Source of the DNA: Microcoleus sp. | GTDB taxonomy: Bacteria; Cyanobacteriota; Cyanobacteriia; Cyanobacteriales; Microcoleaceae | Length of the DNA stretch: 64,000 nucleotides | Assembly (NCBI GenBank): GCA_042408215.1 | Contig: JAYFMW010000005.1 | Location: 128,001-192,000, forward strand | Direction of reading: 5' to 3' | Shown: one piece after another, positions 20,703 to 32,762 of the stretch | Position numbering within the stretch: position 1 is the first letter of the stretch | Layout: each line of letters begins with the position of its first letter | Position numbers and translations under genes: made by a program | Notes under the pieces: generated by a model | What the model was told of the DNA's origin: nothing | Database searches by the model: none | The model's input: the letters and a program-made list of their open reading frames with translations, nothing else

Positions 20703-23180
20703 ATGTTTGAACGCTTCACAGAAAAAGCAATAAAAGTAATCATGTTGGCCCAGGAAGAAGCTCGCCGCCTGGGTCACAACTTCGTAGGGACAGAACAAAT
20801 CCTCCTGGGTTTGATCGGAGAAGGAACCGGAGTTGCAGCTAAAGTCCTCAAATCAATGGGGGTCAACCTCAAAGACGCTCGGATTGAGGTCGAAAAAATC
20901 ATCGGGCGTGGTTCCGGCTTCGTAGCAGTCGAAATTCCGTTCACCCCGCGCGCGAAGCGGGTTCTAGAACTGTCCCTCGAAGAAGCTCGCCAACTCGGAC
21001 ACAACTACATCGGTACCGAACACCTGCTGCTGGGCCTGATCCGCGAAGGTGAAGGAGTAGCGGCCAGAGTCTTAGAAAACCTGGGAGTAGACTTGTCGAA
21101 AGTCCGCACCCAAGTAATTCGGATGCTGGGCGAAACCGCAGAAGTCGCAGCCACTGGCGGCGGTGCTCGCACCAAAACCCCAACCCTCGATGAGTTCGGA
21201 TCTAACCTGACTCAAATGGCGGTGGATGGGAAGCTTGACCCAGTAGTCGGACGCCAAAAAGAAATCGAACGGGTCATCCAAATCCTCGGTCGCCGTACCA
21301 AAAATAACCCGGTGCTGATCGGTGAACCGGGGGTCGGCAAAACCGCGATCGCCGAAGGTCTGGCCCAACGCATCGCTAACAACGACATCCCAGACATTCT
21401 CGAAGAAAAGCGCGTCGTCACCCTCGACATCGGCTTGCTCGTCGCCGGTACGAAATACCGGGGCGAATTTGAAGAGCGCCTCAAAAAAATCATGGACGAA
21501 ATCCGCACGGCGGGTAACGTGATTTTAGTCATTGACGAAGTGCACACTTTGATCGGTGCTGGTGCGGCGGAAGGGGCGATCGACGCAGCCAACATTCTCA
21601 AGCCAGCTTTGGCCAGAGGCGAACTCCAGTGTATTGGCGCTACCACTTTAGACGAGTACCGCAAGCACATCGAGCGCGACGCAGCCCTAGAACGGCGCTT
21701 CCAGCCCGTGATGGTGGGAGAACCCACCGTTGATGAGACGATCGAAATTCTCTTCGGCCTGCGGGAACGCTACGAACAGCACCACAAGCTGAAAATCTTG
21801 GACACGGCCCTGGAAGCCGCAGCCAAACTGTCTCATCGGTACATCTCCGATCGCTTCCTACCAGACAAAGCAATTGACTTGGTAGACGAAGCAGGTTCGA
21901 GAGTCCGCCTGATCAACTCCCAACTGCCCCCCGCAGCCAAGGAACTTGACAAAGAACTACGCAAAGTTCTCAAAGATAAAGACGAAGCGGTGCGTTCTCA
22001 AGACTTTGATAAGGCCGGAGAATTGCGCGATCGGGAAATGACCATCAAAGCCGAAATTCGCGCTATTTCCCAAGCCAAAAAAACCGACTCGACCCGCACC
22101 GGGGAAACAGACCCTTCGCCAGTAGTCACCGAAGAAGACATCGCTCAAATCGTGGCAAGCTGGACGGGAGTCCCGGTCAACAAACTGACCGAATCCGAAT
22201 CGGAAAAGCTGCTGCACATGGAAGATACCCTGCACCAGCGCTTGATCGGCCAAGAAGAAGCTGTCAAAGCCGTTTCCCGCGCCATTCGTCGCGCCCGTGT
22301 TGGTCTGAAAAATCCCAACAGGCCGATCGCCAGTTTCATCTTCTCCGGGCCCACCGGTGTCGGCAAAACCGAACTCACAAAAGCCCTGGCTTCCTATTTC
22401 TTCGGTTCCGAAGAAGCCATGATCCGGCTGGATATGTCCGAATACATGGAACGGCACACCGTCTCCAAACTCATCGGTTCCCCTCCCGGTTACGTCGGCT
22501 ACAACGAAGGTGGCCAACTGACTGAAGCTGTGCGCCGCCGTCCTTACACTGTGGTGCTGTTCGACGAAATCGAAAAAGCTCACCCCGATGTCTTCAATAT
22601 GCTGCTGCAAATATTGGAAGACGGCCGCTTAACCGATGCCAAAGGTCGCACTGTAGACTTCAAAAATACGCTGCTGATCATGACATCTAACATCGGTTCT
22701 AAGGTCATTGAAAAAGGTGGCGGCGGCCTCGGTTTCGAGTTCAGCGATAACCAAGCCGATGCTAATTACAACCGCATTCGTTCTTTGGTTAACGAAGAAC
22801 TGAAAAACTATTTCCGCCCAGAATTCCTCAACCGACTAGATGAAATTATCGTCTTCCGCCAGTTGAACAAGGAAGAAGTGAAGGAAATCGCTGTCATCAT
22901 GCTCAAAGAAGTTTTCGGCCGCTTGACAGAACAGGGAATCACCCTCGAAGTCACCGAACGGTTCAAGGAACGCCTCGTAGAAGAAGGCTACAACCCCAGC
23001 TACGGAGCAAGACCCCTGCGCCGCGCTATCATGCGGTTGTTGGAAGACAGTTTGGCTGAGGAAATCCTTTCTGGCCGCATCAAGGACGGTGACATCGCTG
23101 TTGTGGATGTCGGGGAGGACGGAATTGTGAAGGTGCTGCAAGGTCAAAAGCGGGAATTGCTGCCCCAAGGTGCTGAGTAA
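20703..23180 (+). CDS. clpC: ATP-dependent Clp protease ATP-binding subunit ClpC
   Basis: [26 protein letters not shown]; two Walker A motifs GEPGVGKT and GPTGVGKT. Confidence 0.98.
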   Translation: MFERFTEKAIKVIMLAQEEARRLGHNFVGTEQILLGLIGEGTGVAAKVLKSMGVNLKDARIEVEKIIGRGSGFVAVEIPFTPRAKRVLELSLEEARQLGHNYIGTEHLLLGLIREGEGVAARVLENLGVDLSKVRTQVIRMLGETAEVAATGGGARTKTPTLDEFGSNLTQMAVDGKLDPVVGRQKEIERVIQILGRRTKNNPVLIGEPGVGKTAIAEGLAQRIANNDIPDILEEKRVVTLDIGLLVAGTKYRGEFEERLKKIMDEIRTAGNVILVIDEVHTLIGAGAAEGAIDAANILKPALARGELQCIGATTLDEYRKHIERDAALERRFQPVMVGEPTVDETIEILFGLRERYEQHHKLKILDTALEAAAKLSHRYISDRFLPDKAIDLVDEAGSRVRLINSQLPPAAKELDKELRKVLKDKDEAVRSQDFDKAGELRDREMTIKAEIRAISQAKKTDSTRTGETDPSPVVTEEDIAQIVASWTGVPVNKLTESESEKLLHMEDTLHQRLIGQEEAVKAVSRAIRRARVGLKNPNRPIASFIFSGPTGVGKTELTKALASYFFGSEEAMIRLDMSEYMERHTVSKLIGSPPGYVGYNEGGQLTEAVRRRPYTVVLFDEIEKAHPDVFNMLLQILEDGRLTDAKGRTVDFKNTLLIMTSNIGSKVIEKGGGGLGFEFSDNQADANYNRIRSLVNEELKNYFRPEFLNRLDEIIVFRQLNKEEVKEIAVIMLKEVFGRLTEQGITLEVTERFKERLVEEGYNPSYGARPLRRAIMRLLEDSLAEEILSGRIKDGDIAVVDVGEDGIVKVLQGQKRELLPQGAE

Positions 23181-23243
23181 GTTCGATCGCGGGTAAAGTT
23201 TTGAACAAATTGCGCGATCGTCAATAACTCAAAATCAGCATCT

Positions 23244-23279
23244 AAAAAAGGTGGAGAATCTTAATTCTCTGCCTTTTTT
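23244..23279 (+). terminator. Probable intrinsic terminator after clpC
   Basis: AAAAAGGTGGAGAAT-loop-ATTCTCTGCCTTTTTT hairpin with T tract. Confidence 0.6.
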
Positions 23280-23282
23280 ATC

Positions 23283-23396
23283 GAATATAGAAGCAGGAAT
23301 ATAGAATATAGAAGCAGGAATATAGAATCAGGAAGAAGGAATCAGGAAGAAGGAATATAGAATCAGGAAGAAGGAATATAGAATCAGGAAGAATAT
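23283..23396. repeat. Low-complexity 7-mer repeat tract (GAATATA/GAATCAG/GAAGAAG)
   Basis: Direct reading. Confidence 0.8.
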
Positions 23397-23601
23397 CGAT
23401 GTAAAAATGGAACAATAGCAATGGTTTTAGTAGTTTAATATCAATTCCGGTTGCATCGGAATGATTTAACCGCAGAGAACGCAGAGAACGCAGAGGGAGA
23501 TCGGAGAGAGATGAATAATTCCGATGAAGAGCGGATTTGATATAAAATGTCCTGACAGGCTGGGCGGTTGCTATAAAACAGTACAATAATGGGAGGATTA
23601 A

Positions 23602-24243
23602 ATGACATCTGAAAACAATAATTTGAGTACAGAAGTCACAGAAAATAAGCCGGATACTTCTACTTCGCTCAGGGGAACCGGAGTCGAAGGGCTCAGCACA
23701 AGAGCCTGGTGGCAGAAAGCGTGGAAGTCGCAGCGAGAAAATCTTCAGATAGTGATTATTGCTTTGGGTTTAGCAATACTGATTCGAGCATTTGTCGCCG
23801 AACCGCGCTTCATCCCCTCAGATTCTATGTTACCAACTTTGCATATAGGCGATCGGGTCGTAGTGGAAAAAGTTTTATACGACATCCACCCCCCCGCAAT
23901 GGGCGACATCGTAGTATTTTCCCCCCCCGAAAAGTTGCAAGAACAAGGATTTACTCAAGACCAGGCATTTATCAAGCGGATAATTGGCTTACCGGGTCAA
24001 ACCATCACCGTTAAAAAAGGTCTAGTTTACCTGAATGACAAACCCCTGGTTGAAAAATATATTGCTGAACCTCCTAAATACCAGTGGGGGCCTTATCGAG
24101 TTCCCGAAAATCAATACTTCGTGATGGGAGACAACCGCAACAATAGCAATGACTCTAGCCGGTGGGGATTTTTACCGAAGCAGAACATCATCGGCCGCGC
24201 TGTAGTCCGGTTTTGGCCGCTAGAACGCATCGGGAAGGTTTGA
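23602..24243 (+). CDS. lepB: Signal peptidase I
   Basis: IPSDSMLPTL, FIKRIIGLPG, GDNRNNSNDS. Confidence 0.95.
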   Translation: MTSENNNLSTEVTENKPDTSTSLRGTGVEGLSTRAWWQKAWKSQRENLQIVIIALGLAILIRAFVAEPRFIPSDSMLPTLHIGDRVVVEKVLYDIHPPAMGDIVVFSPPEKLQEQGFTQDQAFIKRIIGLPGQTITVKKGLVYLNDKPLVEKYIAEPPKYQWGPYRVPENQYFVMGDNRNNSNDSSRWGFLPKQNIIGRAVVRFWPLERIGKV

Positions 24244-24247
24244 AGAA

Positions 24248-24450
24248 GTCATTAGTCAGTAGTCAGTAGTCATTAGTTGGCAGTTGGCCGTTGGCCGTTG
24301 GCAGTAGTTAGTAGTCAACAGTCAGCAGTCAGCAGTCAACAGTCAACAGTCAGCAGTCAACAGTCAACAGTCAACAGTCAACAGTCAACAGTCAACAGTC
24401 GGAATGCTATAAAGGCCCAATGCCCCATTCCCAATGCCCAATGCCCCATC
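24248..24450. repeat. STRR heptamer tracts (CAACAGT, CCAATGC etc.)
   Basis: Direct reading. Confidence 0.85.
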
Positions 24451-24589
24451 CGCATCCTGTACGGACATTGCTACTAATTTTTACGCTTTGAAGGGTAGGG
24501 AGTTCCTCCGCCAACTGATAAAATAGTCTCATAAGCAGCGGGACTGCCACGGATGAAAATTAGTTTACTATTAAAAAATTAGGAAAGCT

Positions 24590-24913
24590 ATGGGATTTTT
24601 TGATTCAGAAATTGTTCAACAAGAAGCCAAGCTGTTGTTTGAGGACTATCAATCCCTGGTCAAACTAGGTAGCAGTTACGGCAAATTCGATCGCGAAGGC
24701 AAGAAAATATTCATCGCTCAGATGGAATCAATGATGGAGCGCTACCGTATTTTTATGAAGCGCTTCGAGCTGTCTGAGGATTTCATGGCTCAGATGACCG
24801 TCGAGCAGTTAAAAACGCAGCTCAATCAATTTGGGATCACGCCCCAGCAAATGTTTGATCAAATGAACTCAACGCTGGAGCGCATGAAATCTGAACTAGA
24901 AAAACAACCTTAA
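24590..24913 (+). CDS. DUF1825 family conserved cyanobacterial protein
   Basis: MGFFDSEIVQQEAK..YGKFDREGKK. Confidence 0.85.
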   Translation: MGFFDSEIVQQEAKLLFEDYQSLVKLGSSYGKFDREGKKIFIAQMESMMERYRIFMKRFELSEDFMAQMTVEQLKTQLNQFGITPQQMFDQMNSTLERMKSELEKQP

Positions 24914-24954
24914 TGTTATTTGTCTTTAGTTTCTCTTTGCTAGTTATCGATTAG

Positions 24955-25027
24955 TTACTAATAACTAATAACTAATAACTAATAACTAATAACTAATGAC
25001 TAATAACTAATGACTAATGACTAATAA
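24955..25027. repeat. STRR heptamer tract (TAACTAA/TGACTAA)
   Basis: Direct reading; between convergent genes. Confidence 0.85.
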
Positions 25028-26947
25028 TTAAGGCCGCTCAAAAGCTGAAGCAGGTTTGAAATCTTCTTCAGGAACTCCCTGCAAAGCTTGGCTCATAAAA
25101 TCGCGCCAAATAGGGGCGACAATACCACCGCCAGTAGCACCGTAGCTCATCGGTGTGTAATTGTCGTTGCCAACCCAAACAGCCACCGACAACTGGGGGA
25201 CGTAGCCCACAAACCAGATATCCCGTTCTGAGGAAGTTGTACCAGTTTTCCCAGCAGCCGGCCGCCCAATTTGGGCCGCCCTTGCAGTACCGTTGTTAAC
25301 TACGCCTTGCAGGGCGCTGTTGACAGAAGCCGCTGCCCACGCATTGAGTACCAATTTGGGTTTGGGCGTGTTGTCGAGCAAGACGTTGCCGCTGCTGTCA
25401 GTTACTTGCACGATAAAGGTGGTGTCAGAATGCCAGCCATTGTTTGCGAAGGTAGCAAAAGCCCCGGCCATTTCTAAAGGAGTGAGGTCAACTGCACCTA
25501 AAGGCAAAGAAACGACTGGTTCCATCGGACTTCTGATGCCGAGTACCCGGCAAATCTCAATCACTTTATTCAATCCAACTTCTTGTCCAAGCTTGACAGC
25601 GGGAATATTTAGTGATACTTCCAAAGCTCTACGGATGCTGACGGCACCGGAGAAGCCACCACCGTAGTTTTGAGGGTAGTAGTAGCCGTCGCCGTCGCGA
25701 TAGCCCACAGGAGAGTCGTAGACAACGGAATCCGGGCTGTATTTGCCACTAGCAAAAGCAGCGTAGTAGATAAAAGGCTTAAAAGAAGATCCGGGCTGGC
25801 GTCGAGCTTGAATGGCGCGGTTGAACTGACTCTTTTCGTAATCGAAGCCCCCAACCATTGCTTTGACGAAGTGGGTGCGGGGATCGACGGCGGCTAGGGC
25901 GAGTTGACCTTGCTCGCGATCGTAAAACAATCCTTGGTTGTAAAGTCGATCGTGCCATGCTTTGATGGTTTCTTCGGCTAACCGCTGCATTTTTAGGTCG
26001 ATGGTTGTTTGAACGCGCATTCCTCCTTTGAGCACTGCATCTCGCCCGAAACGCCTAGTCAACTCTTGAACTACGGCTTCTGTCACGTAGGGAACTTGAG
26101 AGCCTCCAAAGGAGGTAATTTTGCCGAGCTTAATTTTTTGCTTGCGTGCGGTAGCCTCTTCGGCTGGCGTAATCCATTTGAGCTCCTTCATCCGGGTTAA
26201 AACGATTTCCTGGCGCTCTTTAGATAACTTGTAATTGGCGAAAGGACTGTATTCTTCGGGGGCGGAAATTAACCCGGCGAGCATGGCTGCTTCTGCCAAA
26301 GTCAAATTTTCTGCTGACTTGTTGAAATAGCTGCGAGATGCCGTCTCTACGCCGTATAAGTTGTGACCCAAATAGATTTGATTCAGGTAAAGTTGCAGAA
26401 TCTGGTCTTTGTTGAGAATTTGCTCCAAGCGGATAGACATTACCGCTTCAGCTACTTTGCGGCTGACTTTGGACTTGGGAGAGAGAAATAAGTTCTTGAC
26501 TAGCTGCATTGTCATAGTCGAGCCGCCTTCAACGGTTCTACCTTTTTCTAGGTTGACTATGAGAGCTCTGGCTATCCCGCCTGGGTTGATACCTTTGTGG
26601 GTGAAAAAGCTGCTGTCTTCGATCGCCATAACGGCGCGTTTCAAGTTCGGGGAGATTTTGTCAAGGGGTACGACATCTCGGTTGGCTTCGTCGTGGATGC
26701 TGGCTAGGGGCCTGCCGTTGATGTCGTAAATGTGGGTAGTTTCTGTGGGAGAGTAGGTTTGCAAGATGCGAACATCTGGCAAATTGCGGAAGCTGATCGC
26801 TAAGCCAACCAGTCCGCCAGCTACTACCGAACTGGCAAGCATTGTCATACTGAGTATGGTTCCGGCGGTCACTTTACTGACTGACTGAACAAACTCGAAT
26901 ACGGTAGCTGAGTTTTCCGTGTTTTTGTGGACTGCGTTGGTTGACAC
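25028..26947 (-). CDS. Class A penicillin-binding protein (transglycosylase-transpeptidase)
   Basis: AIED..F..H.G, GGST.TMQLVKN, SSFK, SLN, KTG motifs. Confidence 0.95.
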   Translation of the reverse strand: MSTNAVHKNTENSATVFEFVQSVSKVTAGTILSMTMLASSVVAGGLVGLAISFRNLPDVRILQTYSPTETTHIYDINGRPLASIHDEANRDVVPLDKISPNLKRAVMAIEDSSFFTHKGINPGGIARALIVNLEKGRTVEGGSTMTMQLVKNLFLSPKSKVSRKVAEAVMSIRLEQILNKDQILQLYLNQIYLGHNLYGVETASRSYFNKSAENLTLAEAAMLAGLISAPEEYSPFANYKLSKERQEIVLTRMKELKWITPAEEATARKQKIKLGKITSFGGSQVPYVTEAVVQELTRRFGRDAVLKGGMRVQTTIDLKMQRLAEETIKAWHDRLYNQGLFYDREQGQLALAAVDPRTHFVKAMVGGFDYEKSQFNRAIQARRQPGSSFKPFIYYAAFASGKYSPDSVVYDSPVGYRDGDGYYYPQNYGGGFSGAVSIRRALEVSLNIPAVKLGQEVGLNKVIEICRVLGIRSPMEPVVSLPLGAVDLTPLEMAGAFATFANNGWHSDTTFIVQVTDSSGNVLLDNTPKPKLVLNAWAAASVNSALQGVVNNGTARAAQIGRPAAGKTGTTSSERDIWFVGYVPQLSVAVWVGNDNYTPMSYGATGGGIVAPIWRDFMSQALQGVPEEDFKPASAFERP

Positions 26948-27074
26948 GTCGATTTCACTTCCTCAGTCGATTGGGGTTTTAGACTTTTGATTTTAGATGG
27001 GGGATGGAATAACTGCCACAAGAAATGTTGGCAGGCAAGCTTTGGGATTATAGTAGCTTGAGAGTTATTTTTTT

Positions 27075-28358
27075 ATGGGTCAATCAGTGAGTGTAACTAA
27101 TTCCGCTGCACTTTGGCAAAATATTATGGTTTCCGATCGCACCCCGATGATTTCTCCTAACCTTTCTGGAATTTACCGCGGCATCAGTGAGATTTTTCCC
27201 GATCGACCTGATTCTAGCAACCCTGACGAAAATTTGGTCAAACTGCTGACAAAAGCCGATCGACCTTTGCGGATCAAGTTAGGAATTGACCCAACAGGGA
27301 CTGACATCCACCTAGGCCACAGCATTTGCGTCCGCAAGCTGCGAGCTTTTCAGGATGCCGGTCACACCGCAGTGTTGCTCATCGGCGATTTTACCGCAAG
27401 AATTGGCGATCCAACCGGAAAATCTGAGACACGGAGCCAGTTGACTCCCGAACAAGTGGCTGAAAATGCCCGGACTTATTTAGACCAAGTGCGTCCAATT
27501 TTAGACTTTGACACCCCCGGCAGGCTAGAAATTCGCTATAATTCCGAGTGGTTGTCCGGTTTGGACTTGGCGAAGATTTTGGAGCTCCTAGGCACCATGA
27601 GCGTGCAGCAGATGCTCGCTAAAGAGGGATTTGATAATCGCATGGAGCAGGGAACAGCGATTTATTTGCACGAGTTTCTGTATCCGCTGATGCAGGGTTA
27701 CGATTCGGTGGCCCTGGAGGCTGATGTGGAGTTGGGGGGAACTGACCAAAAGTTTAATATTGCGGTGGGACGAGATTTGCAGCGACATTTTGGGATGAAG
27801 CCGCAGTTTGGTTTGCTGATGCCGATTTTGATCGGGACTGATGGGGTGCAGAAGATGTCGAAGTCTTTGAATAATTATGTCGGTTTGTCCGATGACCCGC
27901 TGACGATGTATTCTAAGTTGGAGAAAATTGCTGATAGTTCGATCGCCCAATATTTTGAACTATTGACAGATTTGCCTCTGGATGCGTTGCCGGAAAATCC
28001 GCGAGAAAAACAGAAGCTTTTGGCTGTGAATGTTGTCAGTCAGTATTGGGGGAAGGAAGCAGGCGATCGGGCGCAACTCGATGCAATGGCGCTGGTTAAA
28101 GGTGCTGCTGGCGAAGCTGATGCAGTACCGGAGTTTTCTTTGGCAACTGTACAGTTTCCTGCTAAGTTGTTTTATATTCTGAGTGCTAGCGGACTTTGCA
28201 AAAGTAGTGGGGATGGCCGGAAGTTGATGCAGGGTGGTGGGGTGAAGTTGGAGGGCGATAAAGTTTCTGATGTTAACCTCACTTTTGAATCACCTGCTGA
28301 ATTGGAAGGTAAGGTTTTGCAAGTTGGGAAAAATAAGTTTGTGCGATTGGTGGATTGA
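27075..28358 (+). CDS. tyrS: Tyrosyl-tRNA synthetase (true start may be slightly downstream)
   Basis: [26 protein letters not shown]-terminal S4-like domain. Confidence 0.97.
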   Translation: MGQSVSVTNSAALWQNIMVSDRTPMISPNLSGIYRGISEIFPDRPDSSNPDENLVKLLTKADRPLRIKLGIDPTGTDIHLGHSICVRKLRAFQDAGHTAVLLIGDFTARIGDPTGKSETRSQLTPEQVAENARTYLDQVRPILDFDTPGRLEIRYNSEWLSGLDLAKILELLGTMSVQQMLAKEGFDNRMEQGTAIYLHEFLYPLMQGYDSVALEADVELGGTDQKFNIAVGRDLQRHFGMKPQFGLLMPILIGTDGVQKMSKSLNNYVGLSDDPLTMYSKLEKIADSSIAQYFELLTDLPLDALPENPREKQKLLAVNVVSQYWGKEAGDRAQLDAMALVKGAAGEADAVPEFSLATVQFPAKLFYILSASGLCKSSGDGRKLMQGGGVKLEGDKVSDVNLTFESPAELEGKVLQVGKNKFVRLVD

Positions 28359-28608
28359 GTTGGGATTTGTTAACCGCCATTGGTGTCAACTTAAGTCTAT
28401 AACCCTTGATAAATCTCGCTTTGCTCCGAGGCCAGATCCCCCTAAATCCCCCTTAAAAAGGGGAGTAGGGGTTGACTTTGAGAATAGTCTTTAGTTGATT
28501 GAGTTGGGATTTGTTAACCGCCATTGGTGTCAACTTAAGTCTATAACCCTTGATAAATCTCGCTTTGCTCCGAGGCCAGATCCCCCTAAATCCCCCTTAA
28601 AAAGGGGG
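28353..28608. repeat. Direct duplication (about 112 bp, offset 144) of tyrS stop plus MITE-like left end
   Basis: GATTGAGTTGGG...CCCCTTAAAAAGGGG at 28353 and 28497. Confidence 0.85.
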
Positions 28609-28757
28609 ACGAAAGAGAATACTCTTGTCCCCCCCTTGTAGGGGCGGTGCCCCCGTGCCCGCCCTCAAGGCGCCGGGGGGATCTAGACCCGAACCCCAAA
28701 CAGCAGTCTGTGACTACGTTTGACGTTTTGACACCAATCTACTATGAAGTTCTTACT

Positions 28758-29477
28758 ATGAAAGATACTACGATCGCAGATAAAATTATTGTGGCTTTGG
28801 ATGTTGCCAGTCAAGCAGAGGCGATCGCCCTGGTTGACAAACTCCCCGATGTATCTTTTTGGAAAGTAGGTTTAGAGCTATTTGTGAGCTCCGGGCCGGG
28901 GATTTTGGAAATTTTAAAACAGCGGGGAAAGCGGATTTTTCTGGATTTGAAATTTCACGACATCCCTAATACTGTTGCTGGCGCTTGTCGGGCTGCTGCT
29001 AAGTACAATGTGGATTTATTGACAATCCATTCTACTTGTGGTAAAGATGCTTTGAAAGCGGCGTTGGTTGCTTTGGAAGAAGGGGCGGCGGCTGTGGATA
29101 AACCGAGTCCTAAGTTGATTGCAATTACTCTGTTGACAAGTTTGAATTCCCGACAGTTAGCTTTTGAGTTGAAAGTACCTTTAGAATTGCCAGAGTATGC
29201 TTTGCACATGGCATTGTTGGCGAAAGAAACGGGTTTAGCTGGTGCTGTTTGTTCTCCGCAGGAAGTGGAACAGTTGCGGATGAGTTGCGGCGATGATTTT
29301 CTGTTGGTTTGTCCCGGTGTGCGTCCAAAATGGGCTGATGGGGGCGATCAAAGGCGATCGATGACTCCAAAGGCTGCGATTAATGCGGGTGCGGATTATC
29401 TGGTGATTGGGCGGCCGATTACTGCTTCGGATGATCCGGTGGCGGCTTTTGCGCGGATTTGTGAAGAGTTGGGATAA
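28758..29477 (+). CDS. pyrF: Orotidine-5'-phosphate decarboxylase
   Basis: [32 protein letters not shown]; upstream ORF extension is repeat-derived. Confidence 0.97.
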   Translation: MKDTTIADKIIVALDVASQAEAIALVDKLPDVSFWKVGLELFVSSGPGILEILKQRGKRIFLDLKFHDIPNTVAGACRAAAKYNVDLLTIHSTCGKDALKAALVALEEGAAAVDKPSPKLIAITLLTSLNSRQLAFELKVPLELPEYALHMALLAKETGLAGAVCSPQEVEQLRMSCGDDFLLVCPGVRPKWADGGDQRRSMTPKAAINAGADYLVIGRPITASDDPVAAFARICEELG

Positions 29478-29607
29478 ATAGCCTCAATAATTCGGCGGTT
29501 GAAACCGCTTCTACACAAACAAAGTCCGCCTGCGCGGACTAAGAAATAAAGAAGGTATTTCTCGTTACTGGGCTCTGCCTCGCTGGTTCAGCTAATGTTT
29601 TTTCCCC

Positions 29608-30522
29608 TCAAAAATAGCCTCTTGAAAGCACATCATCTTCGTCGAGTTCATCTTTGCCAATCATCCCTTCAATTTCAGTTAAAAATCTCAGAAAAACTTC
29701 CGGTGCAAAGGGGTTATTGTCGAGATGGTTTACAAAATAATCTCTATTTTTCTTTCTTCCTTCTACTGTACTAAAAGCACTTCTGATATTAGACGATAAC
29801 CGCTTGGCTTTTCTCAGAATTAGTATCTCATCAATAGCTGTGAGTGATGAGCTAATCGGCGACATATCCAGCCATTCACATAGCAAGAAATACTTGGCTC
29901 CTGGAACACTCGATTTTACATCTAAGGCAGTTGCCGCGCCCTCTTGAAACATGGTTTTATCAAGATTTGTTTTACACTCAGCCGCAACATAAGCAATATT
30001 TGCCTCGCGGGAGGTACTCTCCTTAAAATCTTGATTGTGAGAGGCTTTCAAAAATATTTTTCTACTAATTGCAAAATCTTGATCCTTGGCTCGAATACTC
30101 ATTCCACCACCTTTTGGACTTACTTTTAAACTTGACTCAAATCGTAGTGATGAAAAACACTGTGTTGGGCCAAAGGATAGTTCTTTGTCCTTTAATGAAT
30201 CTGCAAAGACGGTTGTAACTAAGATAGGTATAAATTCTTCAATAATTGAGTTATCAAGTTTTAATTGCCCCTTTTGACGGTACAAAAAATCATGGTCACT
30301 GTCAAAAATTAGTTCGAGATCAATGTATCGCTTATAGGAGGTTAGATGGGATATCATATCTGGAACCACTTTCAGATCGCCACTGATATTTTTAAGGGTT
30401 TCCAACCAGTTTATATAGTGTTCGATTGCTTGATTAACACGCGGTTTTTCTGTAGGAGGTAGTTTATTGTTATCAAGCAATGCTGCTAGTTTGTCCCCAT
30501 GTGGATGAGCTAAATTAAACAT
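29608..30522 (-). CDS. Bpu10I-family type II restriction endonuclease
   Basis: FLYRQKGQLKLDNSIIEEF, KDQDF, ECKTNLDKTMFQE (PD-(D/E)xK type); coupled to methyltransferase. Confidence 0.8.
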   Translation of the reverse strand: MFNLAHPHGDKLAALLDNNKLPPTEKPRVNQAIEHYINWLETLKNISGDLKVVPDMISHLTSYKRYIDLELIFDSDHDFLYRQKGQLKLDNSIIEEFIPILVTTVFADSLKDKELSFGPTQCFSSLRFESSLKVSPKGGGMSIRAKDQDFAISRKIFLKASHNQDFKESTSREANIAYVAAECKTNLDKTMFQEGAATALDVKSSVPGAKYFLLCEWLDMSPISSSLTAIDEILILRKAKRLSSNIRSAFSTVEGRKKNRDYFVNHLDNNPFAPEVFLRFLTEIEGMIGKDELDEDDVLSRGYF

Positions 30523-31783
30523 AAATTTCTTCTTTTTGGTTGATTTTTTCAATAATTTTACGTGAACGCTGCCACTCGAAATAAGGTGATATCTGTACTT
30601 TTTCAGCCTTGTCGATAGCATCCTTAATTTCATATTTTACTTGTTCATCCGCTAGGGAATAAGCGGACTCTAAGGCTTCTACAGCAATAGTTCTGGCTTG
30701 ATGTATAGTAAAATAATACTGTAAATTTTCTACTTTTGTAAAGTGCAGTATATCTTCTTTGATAGTTTTTCCATAACGATTTACAAAACTTCTTTCTTGA
30801 CGGATATCTAAACTAAGACCCAATACTTGACTAGCGACTTCTGCAACTAACTCCCCGTTAAAAAAAGGAGTTCCTTTAATATTTGATTCTCGACCGACTA
30901 CAAATATTATTCTACTGTCATGGCTGCATATTCGTAACAATTCTTGCAAAGTATAGGCGATGTCTAAGCAATATTGAATTACTGTTAGGAATCTATTACT
31001 TCTATGCTTGCGATTAGAACCAAACTCGGATTTTGCCACCTCTAAAATTTTCCAGTTTAGTGCTTCAGTAGAACCGCGATACTGCTGATGATAGTTAAAC
31101 ACATTGATATAAGGGGGGGATGTAATCACAAGATTGATACTGGAGTTTTCTAAGGGAACGCTTCTTGCATCGGCATTGTAGGCATTTATCGGCTTTTCGC
31201 TATAGGGTAGGTTAAGCACAAAAGTAGCGAGATTTTTCGCAATGGTGAAAACTCTTGAGTAGGTAACTTTTTTATTTTCTAAGTCTAGCAATATCACTAA
31301 TGCTTGATGTAGAATATTAATTATTTTTTCTTCATTATCAACGGCTAAATATACGATTTTATCTATTATATCATTTTCTGTAAGTTCTTTTTGTATTGTT
31401 TGGAAGAGTGGCATTGTCTCCCAGATATCAGTCTTTAGTCGATCGAGAAAACAATTGATACATCTTTCACGCTGTCTTGGTGAAATGGTGATAAATTTAT
31501 AAGTGTTAGCGAGGATTAAAGCTGCGGGATTGATTTCTGTTCCGCAGGCTTCCAGTCCTAATCTTCCTGCCTCATATAAAACTGTTCCACTACCTAAAAA
31601 TGGATCGAAAATCACACTATTTTTATCGGCATATTTATGAATCAAAGTTTCGATAAACTGGGGGGAAAATTGTCCTTTCCAAGGAAGTGGATTAGTACGT
31701 TGTTTATCTTCAATGTCTAATAGTTCTTGAGGAATTTCTTGTCTATTGATAGGAGTTTCACTGAAAATATTAGATAAAACCAT
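30515..31783 (-). CDS. DNA amino-methyltransferase (likely N4-cytosine)
   Basis: DPFLGSGT SAM motif followed by TSPPY catalytic motif. Confidence 0.85.
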   Translation of the reverse strand: MVLSNIFSETPINRQEIPQELLDIEDKQRTNPLPWKGQFSPQFIETLIHKYADKNSVIFDPFLGSGTVLYEAGRLGLEACGTEINPAALILANTYKFITISPRQRERCINCFLDRLKTDIWETMPLFQTIQKELTENDIIDKIVYLAVDNEEKIINILHQALVILLDLENKKVTYSRVFTIAKNLATFVLNLPYSEKPINAYNADARSVPLENSSINLVITSPPYINVFNYHQQYRGSTEALNWKILEVAKSEFGSNRKHRSNRFLTVIQYCLDIAYTLQELLRICSHDSRIIFVVGRESNIKGTPFFNGELVAEVASQVLGLSLDIRQERSFVNRYGKTIKEDILHFTKVENLQYYFTIHQARTIAVEALESAYSLADEQVKYEIKDAIDKAEKVQISPYFEWQRSRKIIEKINQKEEIYV

Positions 31784-31908
31784 AATTCGGATTTTTACTT
31801 GGCGCGAATTTGTGAATAGATAGAAATGCCGGGGCGGGTTTTGTAGATTGTGGGTGAAAATCAGAGATTGTTGGTGAAACCCGCCCCTACAAATAACGAA
31901 CAAAAATA

Positions 31909-32595
31909 TTATAATTGCTCTTTAAATTCATCCAATTTAGCCTTGATTACTTGCATATCTTGCCACATATACCATTTCGGAGTTTCGGGTTCGCGGGAGG
32001 GATTTCGTAGCAAGTACGATGGGTGAAAAATTGGCATACACAAACGATTTTCCCATTCTATCCATTGACCTCTAATTTTACTAATTGGTCGCTTGTCGCT
32101 AAGCAAACCTTTGAGGGCTGTTGCACCGGTTAATAAGATAATTTTGGGGTCTAATATGCGAATTTGTTCGAGTAAGTAAGGTTTGCAGGCTTCTATTTCT
32201 TTTACTGTGGGAGGGCGGTTGTTGGGGGGGCGACATTTGATGACGTTGGCAATGAATACGTCGGTTTCTGTATTGAGTCCTACTGATTCTAAAATCTTAT
32301 CTAAAAGTTGACCCGATCGCCCAACGAATGGCAATCCAGTTTCATCTTCGTTTTGTCCCGGCGCTTCTCCCACAATCAAGATTTTTGCTTGAGGATTGCC
32401 GCGCCCGATGACGGCGTGAGTGCGGCTGTTGCCTAATTCGCAGCGGTGACAGCGGTTGCAGTGTTCGGTTATTTGCTGGATATTTTGATAAGTGCCCGGA
32501 GGAATGGGAATTTTGACATTTGTCGGTATTGAGTCGGTTACGAAAGAGGTATTTTGACTGGTGTCAAAAAGGCTGAGTTGCAAGTCGCTGGACAT
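31909..32595 (-). CDS. Uracil-DNA glycosylase family 4
   Basis: CxxC, GEAPG, PFVG, KCRPP, HPSYLLR. Confidence 0.93.
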   Translation of the reverse strand: MSSDLQLSLFDTSQNTSFVTDSIPTNVKIPIPPGTYQNIQQITEHCNRCHRCELGNSRTHAVIGRGNPQAKILIVGEAPGQNEDETGLPFVGRSGQLLDKILESVGLNTETDVFIANVIKCRPPNNRPPTVKEIEACKPYLLEQIRILDPKIILLTGATALKGLLSDKRPISKIRGQWIEWENRLCMPIFHPSYLLRNPSREPETPKWYMWQDMQVIKAKLDEFKEQL

Positions 32596-32762
32596 ATATT
32601 TAACGATCGGGGAGATTTTTTTGATGCTAGAATTTATAGTGTATATCGGGTTGAGTGATTTGAGATTGGCAAAAAGCTTGTATGCGATGCAGTCGATCGC
32701 AAAATCTCAAATTGTTACTCTCAAATCTACAATTGTTTGGTAGAGCTCGTACAGGCAGGAAT

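Noticed and set aside
20774..23168. Several antisense ORFs within clpC
   Set aside because: Shadow ORFs of a strongly codon-biased gene
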